Of a stretch of DNA of 64,000 nt, positions 1-10,807 are shown in pieces (positions within the stretch are counted from its first letter, which is position 1; every line of letters begins with the position of its first letter). The position numbers and the translations under genes are program-made. This DNA comes from a virus. The stretch lies in the IMG/VR virus record IMGVR_UViG_3300024255_000017, positions 17,433 through 81,432 of that record; one strand, 5' to 3'. Under the pieces are notes generated by a model. It ran no database searches, was not told the origin of the DNA, and was given only the letters and a program-made list of their open reading frames with translations.

Positions 1-2
1 AG

Positions 3-881
3 GTCGCTTTAGCAAATGCATATAATCCTAAGAGAGTGGATTTTAAAAGTGGAGAATGGTACGGATCCAGAAAATTGGATGGAGTAAGATGTATCTGTAG
101 AAAAGAAATGAATACTGTAACATTCTTTTCAAGGAACGGTAAAGAATTTACTACTTTAGGTAATTTGGAAAATGAAATTTCTAAGATAGGTGGAGACTTT
201 ATATTAGACGGAGAAATCTGTATGGTGGATAAAGATGGTAATGAAGACTTCCAAGGAATTATGAAACAGATTCGAAAGAAGGACCATCAAATTGAAAATC
301 CTAAATTCTTTGTATTTGATTATTTAACTTTAGAGGAATTTGATAACAAGACTGGAACTACACCGCTTACTGAAAGACTTAAGAATGGTTATGATATTTT
401 ACCAGAAGGAATTAACTCTTCTATGTTGGAATTCTTAAAACAAGAACAGTTAACTACTGAGGAAAGATTTACTGAAATTAAAATAGCTGCTGAGGATGCA
501 GGATTTGAAGGAATCATGGTTAGAAAGAATATCGGCTATGAAGGTAAAAGAAGCCATAATCTTCTAAAGGTTAAAAAATTCCATGATGCTGAATACACGG
601 TATTAGAATGTGTTAACGGAACAATGAGATGGACAGAAAATGGTAAACAAGTTGAAAAGGAAGGATTAAGTAATATTATAATTGAACATAAAGGTAACCG
701 TGTAAGTGTAGGATCTGGATTCTCTAAAGATCAAAGAGAACATTACCTCAACAATCATAATGAATTAGTCGGTAAAACCGTAACCGTTCAATATTTTGAA
801 GAAAGTCAAAATCAGAATGGTGGATATTCACTAAGGTTCCCGGTAGTGAAACACATATATGAGAATGGAAGAAATTGTTAA
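3..881 (+). CDS. lig: ATP-dependent DNA ligase (5'-truncated by the window edge)
   Basis: Motif I RKLDGVR, FFSRNGK, LDGEI, FFVFDY, FEGIMVR, LLKVK, C-terminal OB fold (VGSGFS...SLRFPV). Frame is open from nt 3 (VALANAY...), so the true start lies upstream. Confidence 0.95.
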   Translation, partial: VALANAYNPKRVDFKSGEWYGSRKLDGVRCICRKEMNTVTFFSRNGKEFTTLGNLENEISKIGGDFILDGEICMVDKDGNEDFQGIMKQIRKKDHQIENPKFFVFDYLTLEEFDNKTGTTPLTERLKNGYDILPEGINSSMLEFLKQEQLTTEERFTEIKIAAEDAGFEGIMVRKNIGYEGKRSHNLLKVKKFHDAEYTVLECVNGTMRWTENGKQVEKEGLSNIIIEHKGNRVSVGSGFSKDQREHYLNNHNELVGKTVTVQYFEESQNQNGGYSLRFPVVKHIYENGRNC

Positions 882-940
882 TGTATCCATTTCATATCTC
901 ACCTGTGGTGAAGCAACAGAAATTAACCGATATATATTGT

Positions 941-1531
941 ATGGAATTATTTGAAAAGTATAGAAAATGGGGGAAGGACATAACTGTCTTTGACGTTGAC
1001 GATACTTTGATTGTAACCAAAAGTAAAATTAGAGTATTTAATCCAAAAACAGGATATGAGATTGATCTTACTCCACAAGAATTTAATACATTTAAAACTA
1101 AGCCTCATGATGAGTTTGATTTTAATGACTTTAGAGATTTAGAAATTCTTAAGGCTGGTAAAATAATTGATTGGGTTTTTAGGATACTCAAAAGAACAAT
1201 TGCAAAAGGTACCGCTGTAGGTATTATTACTGCAAGAGATGATTCAAAACTTATCTATGATTTTCTAATGCATAACGGTGTTGATGTTAATCCTGATTTT
1301 ATCTTTGCAATCAATGATCCTAATTTAGGATTCACTGGCTCTACTGCACAAAAGAAAAAAGACGCCTTTATGAAATTTGTGCAAATGGGATTTAGGAATT
1401 TTCAATTCTTTGATGATGATAAAGAAAATATAAGAATTGCAAATAGCCTCAATAAAGAATTACCTGAGGTAAAAATGAAAGCTACTTTAATTAAACAAAA
1501 ATGGATCCCAAACTTCAGCGACTTCAAATAA
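941..1531 (+). CDS. HAD-superfamily phosphatase (PNK-phosphatase/nucleotidase-like)
   Basis: VFDVDDTL (DxDxT), IITAR, FFDDDKEN. ATG at 941 follows a GATATATA motif and is preferred over the overlapping start at 875. Confidence 0.75.
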   Translation: MELFEKYRKWGKDITVFDVDDTLIVTKSKIRVFNPKTGYEIDLTPQEFNTFKTKPHDEFDFNDFRDLEILKAGKIIDWVFRILKRTIAKGTAVGIITARDDSKLIYDFLMHNGVDVNPDFIFAINDPNLGFTGSTAQKKKDAFMKFVQMGFRNFQFFDDDKENIRIANSLNKELPEVKMKATLIKQKWIPNFSDFK

Positions 1532-1974
1532 AGCTAAAAGCATTCACTAATATTTTATTAAGTATTAGAGATCTTTCAAATTCTTCTACTACTAAGGTTG
1601 GTTGTATGGCAATAAAGAAAGACTTTAGTAAAATAGCAAGCTTCGGATATAATGGCTCTTATAGTGGAGCTGAAACGAATAGTAATACTGGAACTGAAGA
1701 AGATTCTTTAACACCAGGAGAAAGTGGATTTATTCACGCTGAGGTAAATATGATTGCTAAGTTTCAAGAATACGATCCACAAAATTATATAATACTCTTA
1801 ACACTTTCTCCGTGTAAAATGTGCACCAAGATTCTGGTTAATGCCGGATTTAAGCATGTTTATTGGATGCAAAATTATCGTGATACTTCTCACCTTGAGA
1901 TTTTTAATGAATGTAATGTGACACACGGTAAAATTTTCAACCTATTAAATGACTACCGCATAATAAAGGACTGA
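1501..1974 (+). CDS. cd: dCMP deaminase
   Basis: KVGC, GYNG, HAEVN and SPCKMC zinc-deaminase motifs. Confidence 0.88.
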   Translation: MDPKLQRLQIKLKAFTNILLSIRDLSNSSTTKVGCMAIKKDFSKIASFGYNGSYSGAETNSNTGTEEDSLTPGESGFIHAEVNMIAKFQEYDPQNYIILLTLSPCKMCTKILVNAGFKHVYWMQNYRDTSHLEIFNECNVTHGKIFNLLNDYRIIKD

Positions 1975-1999
1975 ATATATACTAAAAATAGCAAGTCCT
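1967..1999 (+). promoter_or_regulatory. Putative late promoter GAATATATA (1973-1981) inside a hairpin ending just before the TTG start
   Basis: aggact(1967-72)/agtcct(1994-99) stem; the 21-mer ctgaatatatactaaaaatag is identical to 8990-9010. Confidence 0.55.
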
Positions 2000-2000
2000 C

Positions 2001-2582
2001 TTGGTTGTAGAAGCACTAACATTTAAACTTTCCTTAGACTTTTTTGTTTACTTAAAAAAGTACAAGATAGCAGTGTCAAAAATCCGTATTGGGTTTTTTG
2101 ATGTTGCTGAAAATAAATCAACATACACTGATTTTAGTAGCATTGATGAAATGGAATTATTTTACCAGAGTAATTATGTACCATTTGATCCATGTTTTGT
2201 TGGAGACTTAGCATCTATACAGGTATTTATAGGTGAAAGCAGTCTATATGATTTTACTACAGAATACCGAGCGGAGAATATTACAAAGGTTTTTAAGCTT
2301 ACTCCTGGTTCATCATTTGATATACAAAGAAATAAGCAGAGAGAAATTTTAATTAATAGACAAGTTGGGTTTATAAACAGAGCAGTTGAAGATTATAGAA
2401 AATTCTGGAATGAAATTAATAGAATATATACAACAGGCATTTATTCTATATGCTATGCACAACCAGGATGGTCAGAAGGTACTTGGTATTTAGATCAACT
2501 AAGATTAGCATTTACAGAAAAAGATGATGTGGCGGAATTCCCATATGATGATGTAAATATTATTCCTGAACCACCTGAATAA
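2001..2582 (+). CDS. Hypothetical protein
   Basis: 193-aa ORF with TTG start filling the gap between promoter motifs. Confidence 0.65.
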   Translation: MVVEALTFKLSLDFFVYLKKYKIAVSKIRIGFFDVAENKSTYTDFSSIDEMELFYQSNYVPFDPCFVGDLASIQVFIGESSLYDFTTEYRAENITKVFKLTPGSSFDIQRNKQREILINRQVGFINRAVEDYRKFWNEINRIYTTGIYSICYAQPGWSEGTWYLDQLRLAFTEKDDVAEFPYDDVNIIPEPPE

Positions 2583-2602
2583 ATAAAAAAAGAATAGGTT
2601 AA

Positions 2603-5600
2603 ATGGCATTCAATCTAAAAGAATATATCATCTACAGAAATGAAATTAAAAGGGAACTTTTTAATGGTGAGGTAGATGAAAATTTTAAAGCAGTAGCTAA
2701 TCCGTGGGTAGACAATAGAACATATGACACTGGGCATATTGTATATCACCCAGTAGAAGTATTAGAACCTACCGGTGTTACCAGTGTGGTAACAGAAACT
2801 CTAGTTTGGTGGAGAGCAAATAGACGAACTACACAAGGTGTGTTTGTAACAGCTGAGTGGGATATCATTGGTGGTATTGGAACTGGCGACGTGACAGTAG
2901 GCTCAGCAAATGGTTATGGTAAAATAGTTGTTAATTATACAGGTGCTACACCTTTATTAGCAGCAGCAAATGATTTTACTTTAAATTCTACAATTGCAAA
3001 CGATACATTTAGATTAATAGCCGGAGATGGTGTTCAATTACAATATGATAGTACTGTTAATGCAATTAAATTAATTAACTCTTCTGCTGGTGGTGAAATA
3101 AATCAAGGATTAAATATAGGTATAGGCGTAGGTGTACAGAATGTGTTCGGCGGAATGAGTGGTACTACTTTAACCTTTAGAGGACTTAATGCATCTAATA
3201 CATATAGTTCATTAGGTGAACCTTTAGCATTAGCTTTAAATTCACCTAACCAATCTGTTGTTTATAATTTTGATTCTTCTTTAATTGACTTAGCAACTCT
3301 TAATAATAACAATACCGATATTAATAGCCTAGGAAATGTTAATGCATCTGCAGCAGGAACTTCTGAATTTTTACAATATGATGGTAACAATTGGGTAAAC
3401 GTAACGGCAGCTGCTGCTGGTTTGCTTGGAAGTCAAGGTGTAACCGGGTCCCAAGGTTTACAAGGTTTACAAGGTAATGATGGTTTCGGCTTACAGGGTA
3501 CTATAGGTGCACAAGGTATACAGGGAACTCAAGGTTTACAAGGTTTACAAGGTAATGATGGTTTCGGCTTACAAGGTACGCAAGGTGTACAAGGAGAAGC
3601 ATCAACTATATCAGGACCTCCTGGTACACAAGGTGCACAAGGTGTAGGATTGCAAGGTGCTAGCGGTGGTACTGGTTTACAAGGATTTGTAGGTACTCAA
3701 GGAACCAAAGGAGATCAAGGTGGTTTTGGTGGTGCTTCTTTTGATTATAATTTCAATATACAAACATCTGTGGCTGATCCAGGCTTTAGTTATGTTTCTG
3801 TAAATAATACAGATCAATATTTAGCTAACATAATGGCCATTAACGACTTTGGTGTTACAGGAAATAATATATCAACCTTTTTAGAAACTATAAGAAGTTC
3901 CACATCAATACCTAAAGGTCATGTAAGGATTACATCACAAAGCGATGCTAATGAATTTATACTTTGGCAAATAACAGAAGTGTATGATAGACCTTCTTCT
4001 GGTGGAACATGGTGGGAATTAGATGTTGTACCAGTTGCTTATACGGAAAATGCTCCATTTATAATGGATGAAGATGTTCTAGTATCATTTGTTGTAACAG
4101 GTGATAGAGGAGCTCAAGGTACTGAAGGAAGTGGTACACAAGGAACAACAGGTTTACAAGGAACTCAAGGTTTACAAGGAACTTTAGGTACTCAAGGTAT
4201 TCAAGGTTTACAAGGCGTCCAAGGTTTACAAGGAACTGATGGTTTACAAGGAACACAAGGTTTACAAGGAACTGATGGTTTACAAGGAACGGATGGAACA
4301 CAAGGTGTACAAGGTTCAGGTTCTCAAGGAACTCAAGGTTTACAAGGTTTACAAGGAACTCAAGGTTTACAAGGTTTACAAGGTTCAGGTACTCAAGGAA
4401 CTCAAGGTTTACAAGGTTTACAAGGTTCAGGTTCTCAAGGTGTACAAGGTTTATCCGGTTCTATAAGTGGATCCGTTGCATACGGTTCTATGCTATTAGA
4501 TAGTACAGCACCAGGAATAACATTAACAAATTCTTATGTAGGTTTACTATTATCTTCTGGTGAAATAAATCAAATGACATACGTTGCTTCAGGTGGAAGC
4601 CCGCAAGGTAATGTACTAAGTATTGATGCTAATGAAGCCGGCAATTATGAAATTAACTTTACTCTTAGTGGAGTAGCCGCATCAACTGTTGGTATTTTTG
4701 CTGAAATATTTGTTAATGGTACTCCATACGGTGTAAGTGGTGCTACTGAAATCCGATCAACTTTTAATGCAAACGATTATAATAGCATGTCTACTGTAGA
4801 TATATTGGATCTTAATGGCGGTGATCAAGTTGAGGTTAGAATTAAGGACACAGCAGGTACTTTTGTAAATTTCGCAACAGCAAATATTTCACTTACATTA
4901 GTTAAACTTGTTGGTAATGGAGATCCTGGTACACAAGGAACACAAGGTTTACAAGGTATTTCTGGTTCAGGTAGCCAAGGTACATTAGGAGCCCAGGGAA
5001 TAGATGGTTCGCAAGGAATTCAAGGATTAGACGGTTCACAAGGAACTCAAGGATTACAAGGTTTACAAGGTTTACAAGGAACCGATGGTTCTCAAGGTTT
5101 ACAAGGAACTGATGGTTCTCAAGGTATTCAAGGTTTACAAGGTTTACAAGGAACTGATGGAACACAAGGAGCCCAAGGTTTACAAGGTTTACAAGGTATA
5201 CTCGGCGCACAAGGTATACAAGGCTTACAAGGAGCTGTAGGAAACACCGGTTCACAAGGAACTATAGGAATTAACGGCTTAGGTTCTGGTTGTATTGCCG
5301 GTGGTACATTTGGCTGGTCAACCGTTGCCAATACTTTAAATCCCGGCAATCCAAATGTCATTTCGATGAATGCCCAGACTACAGGTGGTGTTACTATAAT
5401 TTATATAGGTAGTAATATTATTCATCCAGTTGCCCTTAATGTAGGTGACACTATTTCATTTAACATATCACAAAATGGAATTAATGCATTATATACGGTA
5501 AACAGTATTACCGGTAATGTTGGATATGATGCTCTAGGTGTTACATTCCAAACTGGAAATTATACTATATTACCTGCGTCCACCCCTGGATTATTTGATG

Positions 5601-6781
5601 ACTATACATATTGTATATACCCTGCAGTTGTGGCAGGATCTCAAGGAACTCAAGGAACTAATGGTTTACAAGGAACTAATGGTTTACAAGGAGCTAATGG
5701 AGCTAATGGTGCATGCGTTGAAATACCAGGAGCAAACTATATCTCACAGCTTCCATTAAATTCTGGTTCTCTTGCTTCTTTTGAAGTAGCAGTTAATGTA
5801 GCATCCGGTGGAATCACTAGTAATATTACCGAAATATTTTTAGGACTTGCTAGTGGAGCTCTACAACCGAGCACGGGTTTACCTCCAGGTAGTACAATAA
5901 CATTATCAATATCACCTGCAAATACTACCACATCAATATTTACTGTAAACAGTTCTACTATTGTTGGTGTAACCGGAATTGTTTATGATGTTACTTACGT
6001 TAGTGGTTTAGATTTTAGTACCACCGGTCAGGACCATCGATTATGTACTTCAACCGCAGGTGTACAAGGTGTACTCGGTTTACAAGGTATACTCGGTGTA
6101 CAAGGTGTACTCGGTTTACAAGGTGTACAGGGTGCAGGTGGAGGAAGTGGAACCGAATTAAGAAGAGAAATAGTAAAATCATCGTTTAGATCTCCTACAG
6201 GTTTACCTGCTTATATAAGTGGTGATCCAGGAACTAGTTCATTTAGAATAGGTTCTCCTAGTGATAGTAATTTAACTGATGGTGGTGGATGGAATGCTGC
6301 GTATTGGAGTTCTACCACTACTGGTGGAATACTAACTGGTGTTAATGGAACTCAAGACCAATTCTTGTTAATGGGTAATGGTATTCCTTTAACAAAGAGT
6401 TATGATATTAATGATCAGATATCCTTTAGAGGAGTGGTCGTTGGCCAAAAAGCAAGTGGTGCATATACGTCATCTTCAAAAATTGCAATTAATTTATATA
6501 AACTAAAATGTGGTATACTTGGCGATGGAACTAATGAATGGGAAACTGTATCATCTACTGTTGTATTGTCCAGTAACGTTGTAACCGAAACTAATATTGA
6601 CGGTGAAGGTAGAGGTAGGATTTGTATTAATGGCGCATTTACACTTGATCAACCTGTTAATAGATTTGTTGAATATTTAGCGGTAGGTTTTGCTACAACT
6701 GTTGATGGTGATGAAAGTTTCGGTGGAAATGACATTATTGCATCTTATGTATTATATGAAGGTACTGACCCACAGCCTTAA
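2603..6781 (+). CDS. Collagen-like virion fibre protein with CBM5/12-like N-terminal module and internal BclA/C1q-like domain
   Basis: Several (G-x-Q)n tracts; PWVDNRTYDTGHIVYH...WWRANR resembles a chitin-binding-type module; GNYEINFTLSG...IFVNGT...LDLNGGDQVEVRI resembles a BclA_C/C1q beta sandwich. Confidence 0.8.
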   Translation: MAFNLKEYIIYRNEIKRELFNGEVDENFKAVANPWVDNRTYDTGHIVYHPVEVLEPTGVTSVVTETLVWWRANRRTTQGVFVTAEWDIIGGIGTGDVTVGSANGYGKIVVNYTGATPLLAAANDFTLNSTIANDTFRLIAGDGVQLQYDSTVNAIKLINSSAGGEINQGLNIGIGVGVQNVFGGMSGTTLTFRGLNASNTYSSLGEPLALALNSPNQSVVYNFDSSLIDLATLNNNNTDINSLGNVNASAAGTSEFLQYDGNNWVNVTAAAAGLLGSQGVTGSQGLQGLQGNDGFGLQGTIGAQGIQGTQGLQGLQGNDGFGLQGTQGVQGEASTISGPPGTQGAQGVGLQGASGGTGLQGFVGTQGTKGDQGGFGGASFDYNFNIQTSVADPGFSYVSVNNTDQYLANIMAINDFGVTGNNISTFLETIRSSTSIPKGHVRITSQSDANEFILWQITEVYDRPSSGGTWWELDVVPVAYTENAPFIMDEDVLVSFVVTGDRGAQGTEGSGTQGTTGLQGTQGLQGTLGTQGIQGLQGVQGLQGTDGLQGTQGLQGTDGLQGTDGTQGVQGSGSQGTQGLQGLQGTQGLQGLQGSGTQGTQGLQGLQGSGSQGVQGLSGSISGSVAYGSMLLDSTAPGITLTNSYVGLLLSSGEINQMTYVASGGSPQGNVLSIDANEAGNYEINFTLSGVAASTVGIFAEIFVNGTPYGVSGATEIRSTFNANDYNSMSTVDILDLNGGDQVEVRIKDTAGTFVNFATANISLTLVKLVGNGDPGTQGTQGLQGISGSGSQGTLGAQGIDGSQGIQGLDGSQGTQGLQGLQGLQGTDGSQGLQGTDGSQGIQGLQGLQGTDGTQGAQGLQGLQGILGAQGIQGLQGAVGNTGSQGTIGINGLGSGCIAGGTFGWSTVANTLNPGNPNVISMNAQTTGGVTIIYIGSNIIHPVALNVGDTISFNISQNGINALYTVNSITGNVGYDALGVTFQTGNYTILPASTPGLFDDYTYCIYPAVVAGSQGTQGTNGLQGTNGLQGANGANGACVEIPGANYISQLPLNSGSLASFEVAVNVASGGITSNITEIFLGLASGALQPSTGLPPGSTITLSISPANTTTSIFTVNSSTIVGVTGIVYDVTYVSGLDFSTTGQDHRLCTSTAGVQGVLGLQGILGVQGVLGLQGVQGAGGGSGTELRREIVKSSFRSPTGLPAYISGDPGTSSFRIGSPSDSNLTDGGGWNAAYWSSTTTGGILTGVNGTQDQFLLMGNGIPLTKSYDINDQISFRGVVVGQKASGAYTSSSKIAINLYKLKCGILGDGTNEWETVSSTVVLSSNVVTETNIDGEGRGRICINGAFTLDQPVNRFVEYLAVGFATTVDGDESFGGNDIIASYVLYEGTDPQP
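4101..4460 (+). repeat. 9-nt-unit tandem repeat (caaggttta/caaggaact) encoding collagen G-x-Q triplets
   Basis: Directly visible; shorter tracts near 3430-3730, 5636-5712 and 6059-6140. Confidence 0.9.
4919..5285 (+). repeat. Second long G-x-Q collagen-coding repeat tract
   Basis: Repeated caaggtttacaaggaactgatggt units. Confidence 0.9.
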
Positions 6782-6788
6782 CATTTAA

Positions 6789-6822
6789 TTAAACAATTTT
6801 CTTTTTCCAAGTATAATAATTA
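6789..6822 (+). promoter_or_regulatory. Putative early/middle promoter TTAAAC-N16-GTATAATAATTA
   Basis: Same elements and spacing recur at 15529-15562. Confidence 0.55.
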
Positions 6823-6837
6823 TAAAATGATACAAGT

Positions 6838-7329
6838 ATGGAAAATACAGAAGAAGTAAACCTACAGTGGATAAAGGGAGATAAGTTCGGTTCAGTAGAA
6901 ACAGTTGAAAGTACTGAAGGTGAATGGACGATATTTAAAAACGGTGGTAGGATAGCAACAAATTTACTTAGCGAATTTTTAGAACCAATAGATGGTGAAC
7001 CTTTAGATTTTAATCCGCCTAACCCAGCATTAATACAAGCAGCCGAGGTATATAAAGAAAAGGTACCACCACAAAAGGCTATTACATCTCCAATAAGAAC
7101 ACTCTTTGATAAACAGAAAAAGAATGATAAAGTAAAACTGAATCTTTCATTTCCAATAGACGTTCCTAAAAAGGCTATATATGAAATTATTAGTTCTTCA
7201 TTTGATAGTGAAGAAGTAAATGATGAATTAGAAGTCTTTATTAAAAATCAAATATCCGAAGACTTAATTTTAAATAGTCTTTTTGATAGCATTAAAGAAT
7301 TAATTAAAACTAGATACGGTATTGACTAG
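6838..7329 (+). CDS. Hypothetical protein
   Basis: 163-aa ORF after the promoter motif. Confidence 0.7.
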   Translation: MENTEEVNLQWIKGDKFGSVETVESTEGEWTIFKNGGRIATNLLSEFLEPIDGEPLDFNPPNPALIQAAEVYKEKVPPQKAITSPIRTLFDKQKKNDKVKLNLSFPIDVPKKAIYEIISSSFDSEEVNDELEVFIKNQISEDLILNSLFDSIKELIKTRYGID

Positions 7330-7365
7330 GCAATTTAACTTATAATATATAATAAAATCAATCAT

Positions 7366-7740
7366 ATGACACAAGCACCAAATAGAAGACAGAGAAGATT
7401 AGCGATGAAGTACCAAGGACTTCTTAAAGCAAAGAGTAAATTACCATTTCATAAGTGGATGGAAGTTACTATGCAAAATATTAAACAGGGAAAGGAGTTA
7501 CATGCTGCAACTGTTGATGCTCAAGATAAAAGACTAACAGAGCAATTAGAAAGTATGGAAGAAAGAAAGATAGAAGCATGGAAGGATACCGGGTATAATG
7601 ATAAGGAGATTGAAATGTTAAGAGAAGCTAATGCTATCTTATCCGTTAAAGATAAGGAGACTTGGCATACTGATAAGAAGGTCGCTAGAAAATTAATGAA
7701 AGAAGCTAGAGAATCTTTAAATAAAAGACTAAATGATTAA
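7366..7740 (+). CDS. Hypothetical basic helical protein
   Basis: 124-aa ORF with N-terminal NRRQRR. Confidence 0.7.
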   Translation: MTQAPNRRQRRLAMKYQGLLKAKSKLPFHKWMEVTMQNIKQGKELHAATVDAQDKRLTEQLESMEERKIEAWKDTGYNDKEIEMLREANAILSVKDKETWHTDKKVARKLMKEARESLNKRLND

Positions 7741-8062
7741 AATTGTTTTAGAGCCTGCCAGAAATGGAGTAATAAAAAGAGTGATTAATGATAATCATGG
7801 TGGTGGGAAAGAACAGTGGACCTCAACCGATGTATTTGAATCCAATGAAGATCATAGGAATAAGTTTGAATATATCATGAGATTCTTTTATGAGCTTGCT
7901 GACGATTTAAGTTTAGAGTGCGGTAATAAATTTGAAAAACAAGTTTTAACAATTGGCACTGAATGGGGAACTCATTATGAACCTAATCAAAAAGAAGTAG
8001 AAAGTAAAATAAAAGAACTCCAAGCTGAGATCGATTTATTATCTGAATGGAAACAAACATAG
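7733..8062 (+). CDS. Hypothetical protein
   Basis: 109-aa ORF overlapping its neighbours (coupled). Confidence 0.7.
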   Translation: MIKIVLEPARNGVIKRVINDNHGGGKEQWTSTDVFESNEDHRNKFEYIMRFFYELADDLSLECGNKFEKQVLTIGTEWGTHYEPNQKEVESKIKELQAEIDLLSEWKQT

Positions 8063-8433
8063 AATTTAATTTCATATATTCAAAAGACGCAGTAAAAGTA
8101 AAATCGTTTTTAGGAAATGTACCAAGAAATATTGAGTGTATCAATTATATGGACATTTTTAATAAGCTAACGAAAAATGACTTTTATCAATTTGAACCAT
8201 CTGATGCTGTTGTATCTTCCTACTTAATGAAGCAACTGCAAACGGTATTTGATAGGAATGCTGTGTCTATTTTTTATGTGTTAGGTAATTTAAATGAGCC
8301 TACTGTTACAGGAATAAAAACTTATGTGGAATCTTTAACTAATAATGAAATCACATATAACATATATCATTCACCTGACATTAATGTAAATGGTAGCGCT
8401 AAGCTATTTGAAAATGTCATTGAGTTTGAATGA
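8047..8433 (+). CDS. Hypothetical protein
   Basis: 128-aa ORF; ATGA overlap with the next gene. Confidence 0.7.
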   Translation: METNIEFNFIYSKDAVKVKSFLGNVPRNIECINYMDIFNKLTKNDFYQFEPSDAVVSSYLMKQLQTVFDRNAVSIFYVLGNLNEPTVTGIKTYVESLTNNEITYNIYHSPDINVNGSAKLFENVIEFE

Positions 8434-8993
8434 AAGCACACAGAATATTTACCAAAGGACAAATCGTATATTGCCTACTATCCTCTTTTAGTAGGCCTAA
8501 TGTTTTGTTGCCAGTAAAAGGACTTATTGTAGATACACAATGGGATCCTATTAATCCTCTTTATCAAATTCGTATTATTAAGATGTATGATAATATGAAA
8601 TATCTTAAGTCTCATTTTTTTGATATGAACTTTAAATATGAGTTTAACAATAGGGCTAGAAAAATGCCTATTAAAAAAGAAGACTTTAAAAATGTAAAAT
8701 CATTAGAAGATAGATTTGACGAAAGTGATAGAGATAGGCTATATGTAATTGTAGAATCTGTTATGTGTAAGAAAACTAAAAATGATTTACAAGGTTTATT
8801 TGAAAAAGTTCAATTTTATATAATATCAAAAAACCTAAAAGAAATAAGAGATATATCATCAAGGCCGTTTTTTAAAGGTTCTCTTTCTACTGATAGCTCA
8901 CAAGAGTTTAATGTTAGGTTTAAAAAAGGGTGGGTGGATAAATTCCAAAAAGGAGATATTGACATTGATAAGTATCTCAACAGCTTAGGCTGA
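8430..8993 (+). CDS. Hypothetical protein (possible SH3-like N-terminus)
   Basis: 187-aa ORF, FTKGQIVYCL...KGLIVD. Confidence 0.7.
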   Translation: MKAHRIFTKGQIVYCLLSSFSRPNVLLPVKGLIVDTQWDPINPLYQIRIIKMYDNMKYLKSHFFDMNFKYEFNNRARKMPIKKEDFKNVKSLEDRFDESDRDRLYVIVESVMCKKTKNDLQGLFEKVQFYIISKNLKEIRDISSRPFFKGSLSTDSSQEFNVRFKKGWVDKFQKGDIDIDKYLNSLG

Positions 8994-9019
8994 ATATATA
9001 CTAAAAATAGTCTATCTAT

Positions 9020-10807
9020 ATGTCCACAACAACAACAGGAAGTAACAGCAGTGTAAATAATAACATGGCACCTAATCCTAATTCACCATCGCCTAATAGG
9101 CTAGGTGTTTTTGGTGGTGAATCCACGGGTTTTGCTCATGGTGTTGAAACTGAGATGGCTAAATCATTTTATTCTAATGGAGCAGTGCCAGATCAATTTG
9201 GTGTAGCTACAGGTATGAAAGCAGTTGTACCTAGATCCATATTTAACAGATATGCTTTATTTAATTTTAGAGGTTTACATGGTGGACTAACCGGCGGAAA
9301 ACCTTTTACTGATTTTAAGGATAGTCCTGATAATGCTACTATGGGTGGCTCGGATTCAAAGAATGTTTCCATCGCCAAACTTATAGATTATTTTAATACC
9401 AATTATCCTAGGATATCATATACTGCGCAAGATTTCTTATATTGTAAATATTATAAACAAATACCAGTGAATCACCTTATTACATTAAGGCGTTTCCCAA
9501 CACCAGTAAATGATAACATATTTGATTTAAAAATGGATATAGCAGGAAAGGATCCTGATACGCCTAGAGCTGCAGAAAATGTAGATGCTACACAAACTGC
9601 CGGTGTTACTGCCATTACATATTTAGGTGAAAAGGCAGGAAATAAATTAGATGACATATTAACAATGTCTTATGGTTTAAACTATAAGGAAGTTAAATCT
9701 GAAATGGAAGATATTAGCAGTGGTGACGGTGGTTATACTTCTCAACCTTTCTATTCTAAAATGGGCGGTGTAGGTAAAGCAACTGCTGATGCATTTAAAG
9801 GAATTAGCTCAAGACAAAAATTTGCCAAACAAAATATGTCTACTGGTGATCAGCTAGGAACTACTTATGCTAACTTTGTAATAGGACCTGTTAATGTTAT
9901 TGATTCTACTCAGATTAGAGATCGTGGTATGAAATTTTCAAATGACTTAAAACTTAATTTTGAATATGAACTAAAATCTCTTAATTATGTTAATCCTAAA
10001 ATTGCAATGATTGACATTATTAGTAATATGTTAACAATGACTTATAATAATGGACAATTTTTTGGTGGTGGTCAAAGGTACTATGGTAGTGCTGGTGCCG
10101 TTGCTAGTCAATTTGGAGATATTAATAAATTAAAACAAGGAGACTTTAGTGGTTATATAGGAAGTGTAGTTACCGATGTTGAAACCGGATTTAAAAGTGT
10201 ATTTGGTGATTCTAATGGTAATGTAAATGCTGAGAGTGGAATTGAAGGATTACTTAAGGTTGGTAAAACTCTGTTAGGTAATATGCTAGGTGGATTCTTA
10301 AGTGATAACGTTGGGGCCGTTTCAGGTACCCAGGCATCTAAAGCTTTGATAAGTGCAGAGCCTACCGGTGATTGGCATGTAACTGTAGGTAATCCACTTA
10401 ACCCAATTGTTACAATGGGTAATATGTATTGTGATAATTCAACAATGACTTTAGGTCATGGTTTAGGGTATGATGATTTTCCAATGGAGGTTAAATTTGA
10501 AATTGATCTAAAACATGGTAAGCCTAGAGATAAAGGCGATATAGAAAATATGTTTAATGCCGGTCGTGGTAGAATTTACGCGTCAGCACAAGGCGAAGAA
10601 GATATTTTAAATTTAGCAGGTTTAGATGTTGCAACTTATGGAGCAGTTAAAGCAGGAAAAAGTCAAACAGAAGCTACACAAGGTGCACGTGCTGGTAATA
10701 CTAAAAGTAGTCAAATATCCAATATAAAAGATAATCCAAATAAACAAGCAACTAGCGATAGTGCCGAGTATATTTCTAATACGGTAAGTATGTTTATTGA
10801 TTCTTAA
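9020..10807 (+). CDS. Putative virion structural protein (baseplate/tail-tube-initiator region)
   Basis: 595 aa, late-type promoter, directly upstream of gp53-like and hub genes; function inferred from context. Confidence 0.5.
   Translation: MSTTTTGSNSSVNNNMAPNPNSPSPNRLGVFGGESTGFAHGVETEMAKSFYSNGAVPDQFGVATGMKAVVPRSIFNRYALFNFRGLHGGLTGGKPFTDFKDSPDNATMGGSDSKNVSIAKLIDYFNTNYPRISYTAQDFLYCKYYKQIPVNHLITLRRFPTPVNDNIFDLKMDIAGKDPDTPRAAENVDATQTAGVTAITYLGEKAGNKLDDILTMSYGLNYKEVKSEMEDISSGDGGYTSQPFYSKMGGVGKATADAFKGISSRQKFAKQNMSTGDQLGTTYANFVIGPVNVIDSTQIRDRGMKFSNDLKLNFEYELKSLNYVNPKIAMIDIISNMLTMTYNNGQFFGGGQRYYGSAGAVASQFGDINKLKQGDFSGYIGSVVTDVETGFKSVFGDSNGNVNAESGIEGLLKVGKTLLGNMLGGFLSDNVGAVSGTQASKALISAEPTGDWHVTVGNPLNPIVTMGNMYCDNSTMTLGHGLGYDDFPMEVKFEIDLKHGKPRDKGDIENMFNAGRGRIYASAQGEEDILNLAGLDVATYGAVKAGKSQTEATQGARAGNTKSSQISNIKDNPNKQATSDSAEYISNTVSMFIDS

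Noticed and set aside
875-940. Extended N-terminus for the HAD gene from the ORF track
   Set aside because: Overlaps the ligase stop and spans a promoter-like motif; ATG 941 is more plausible.
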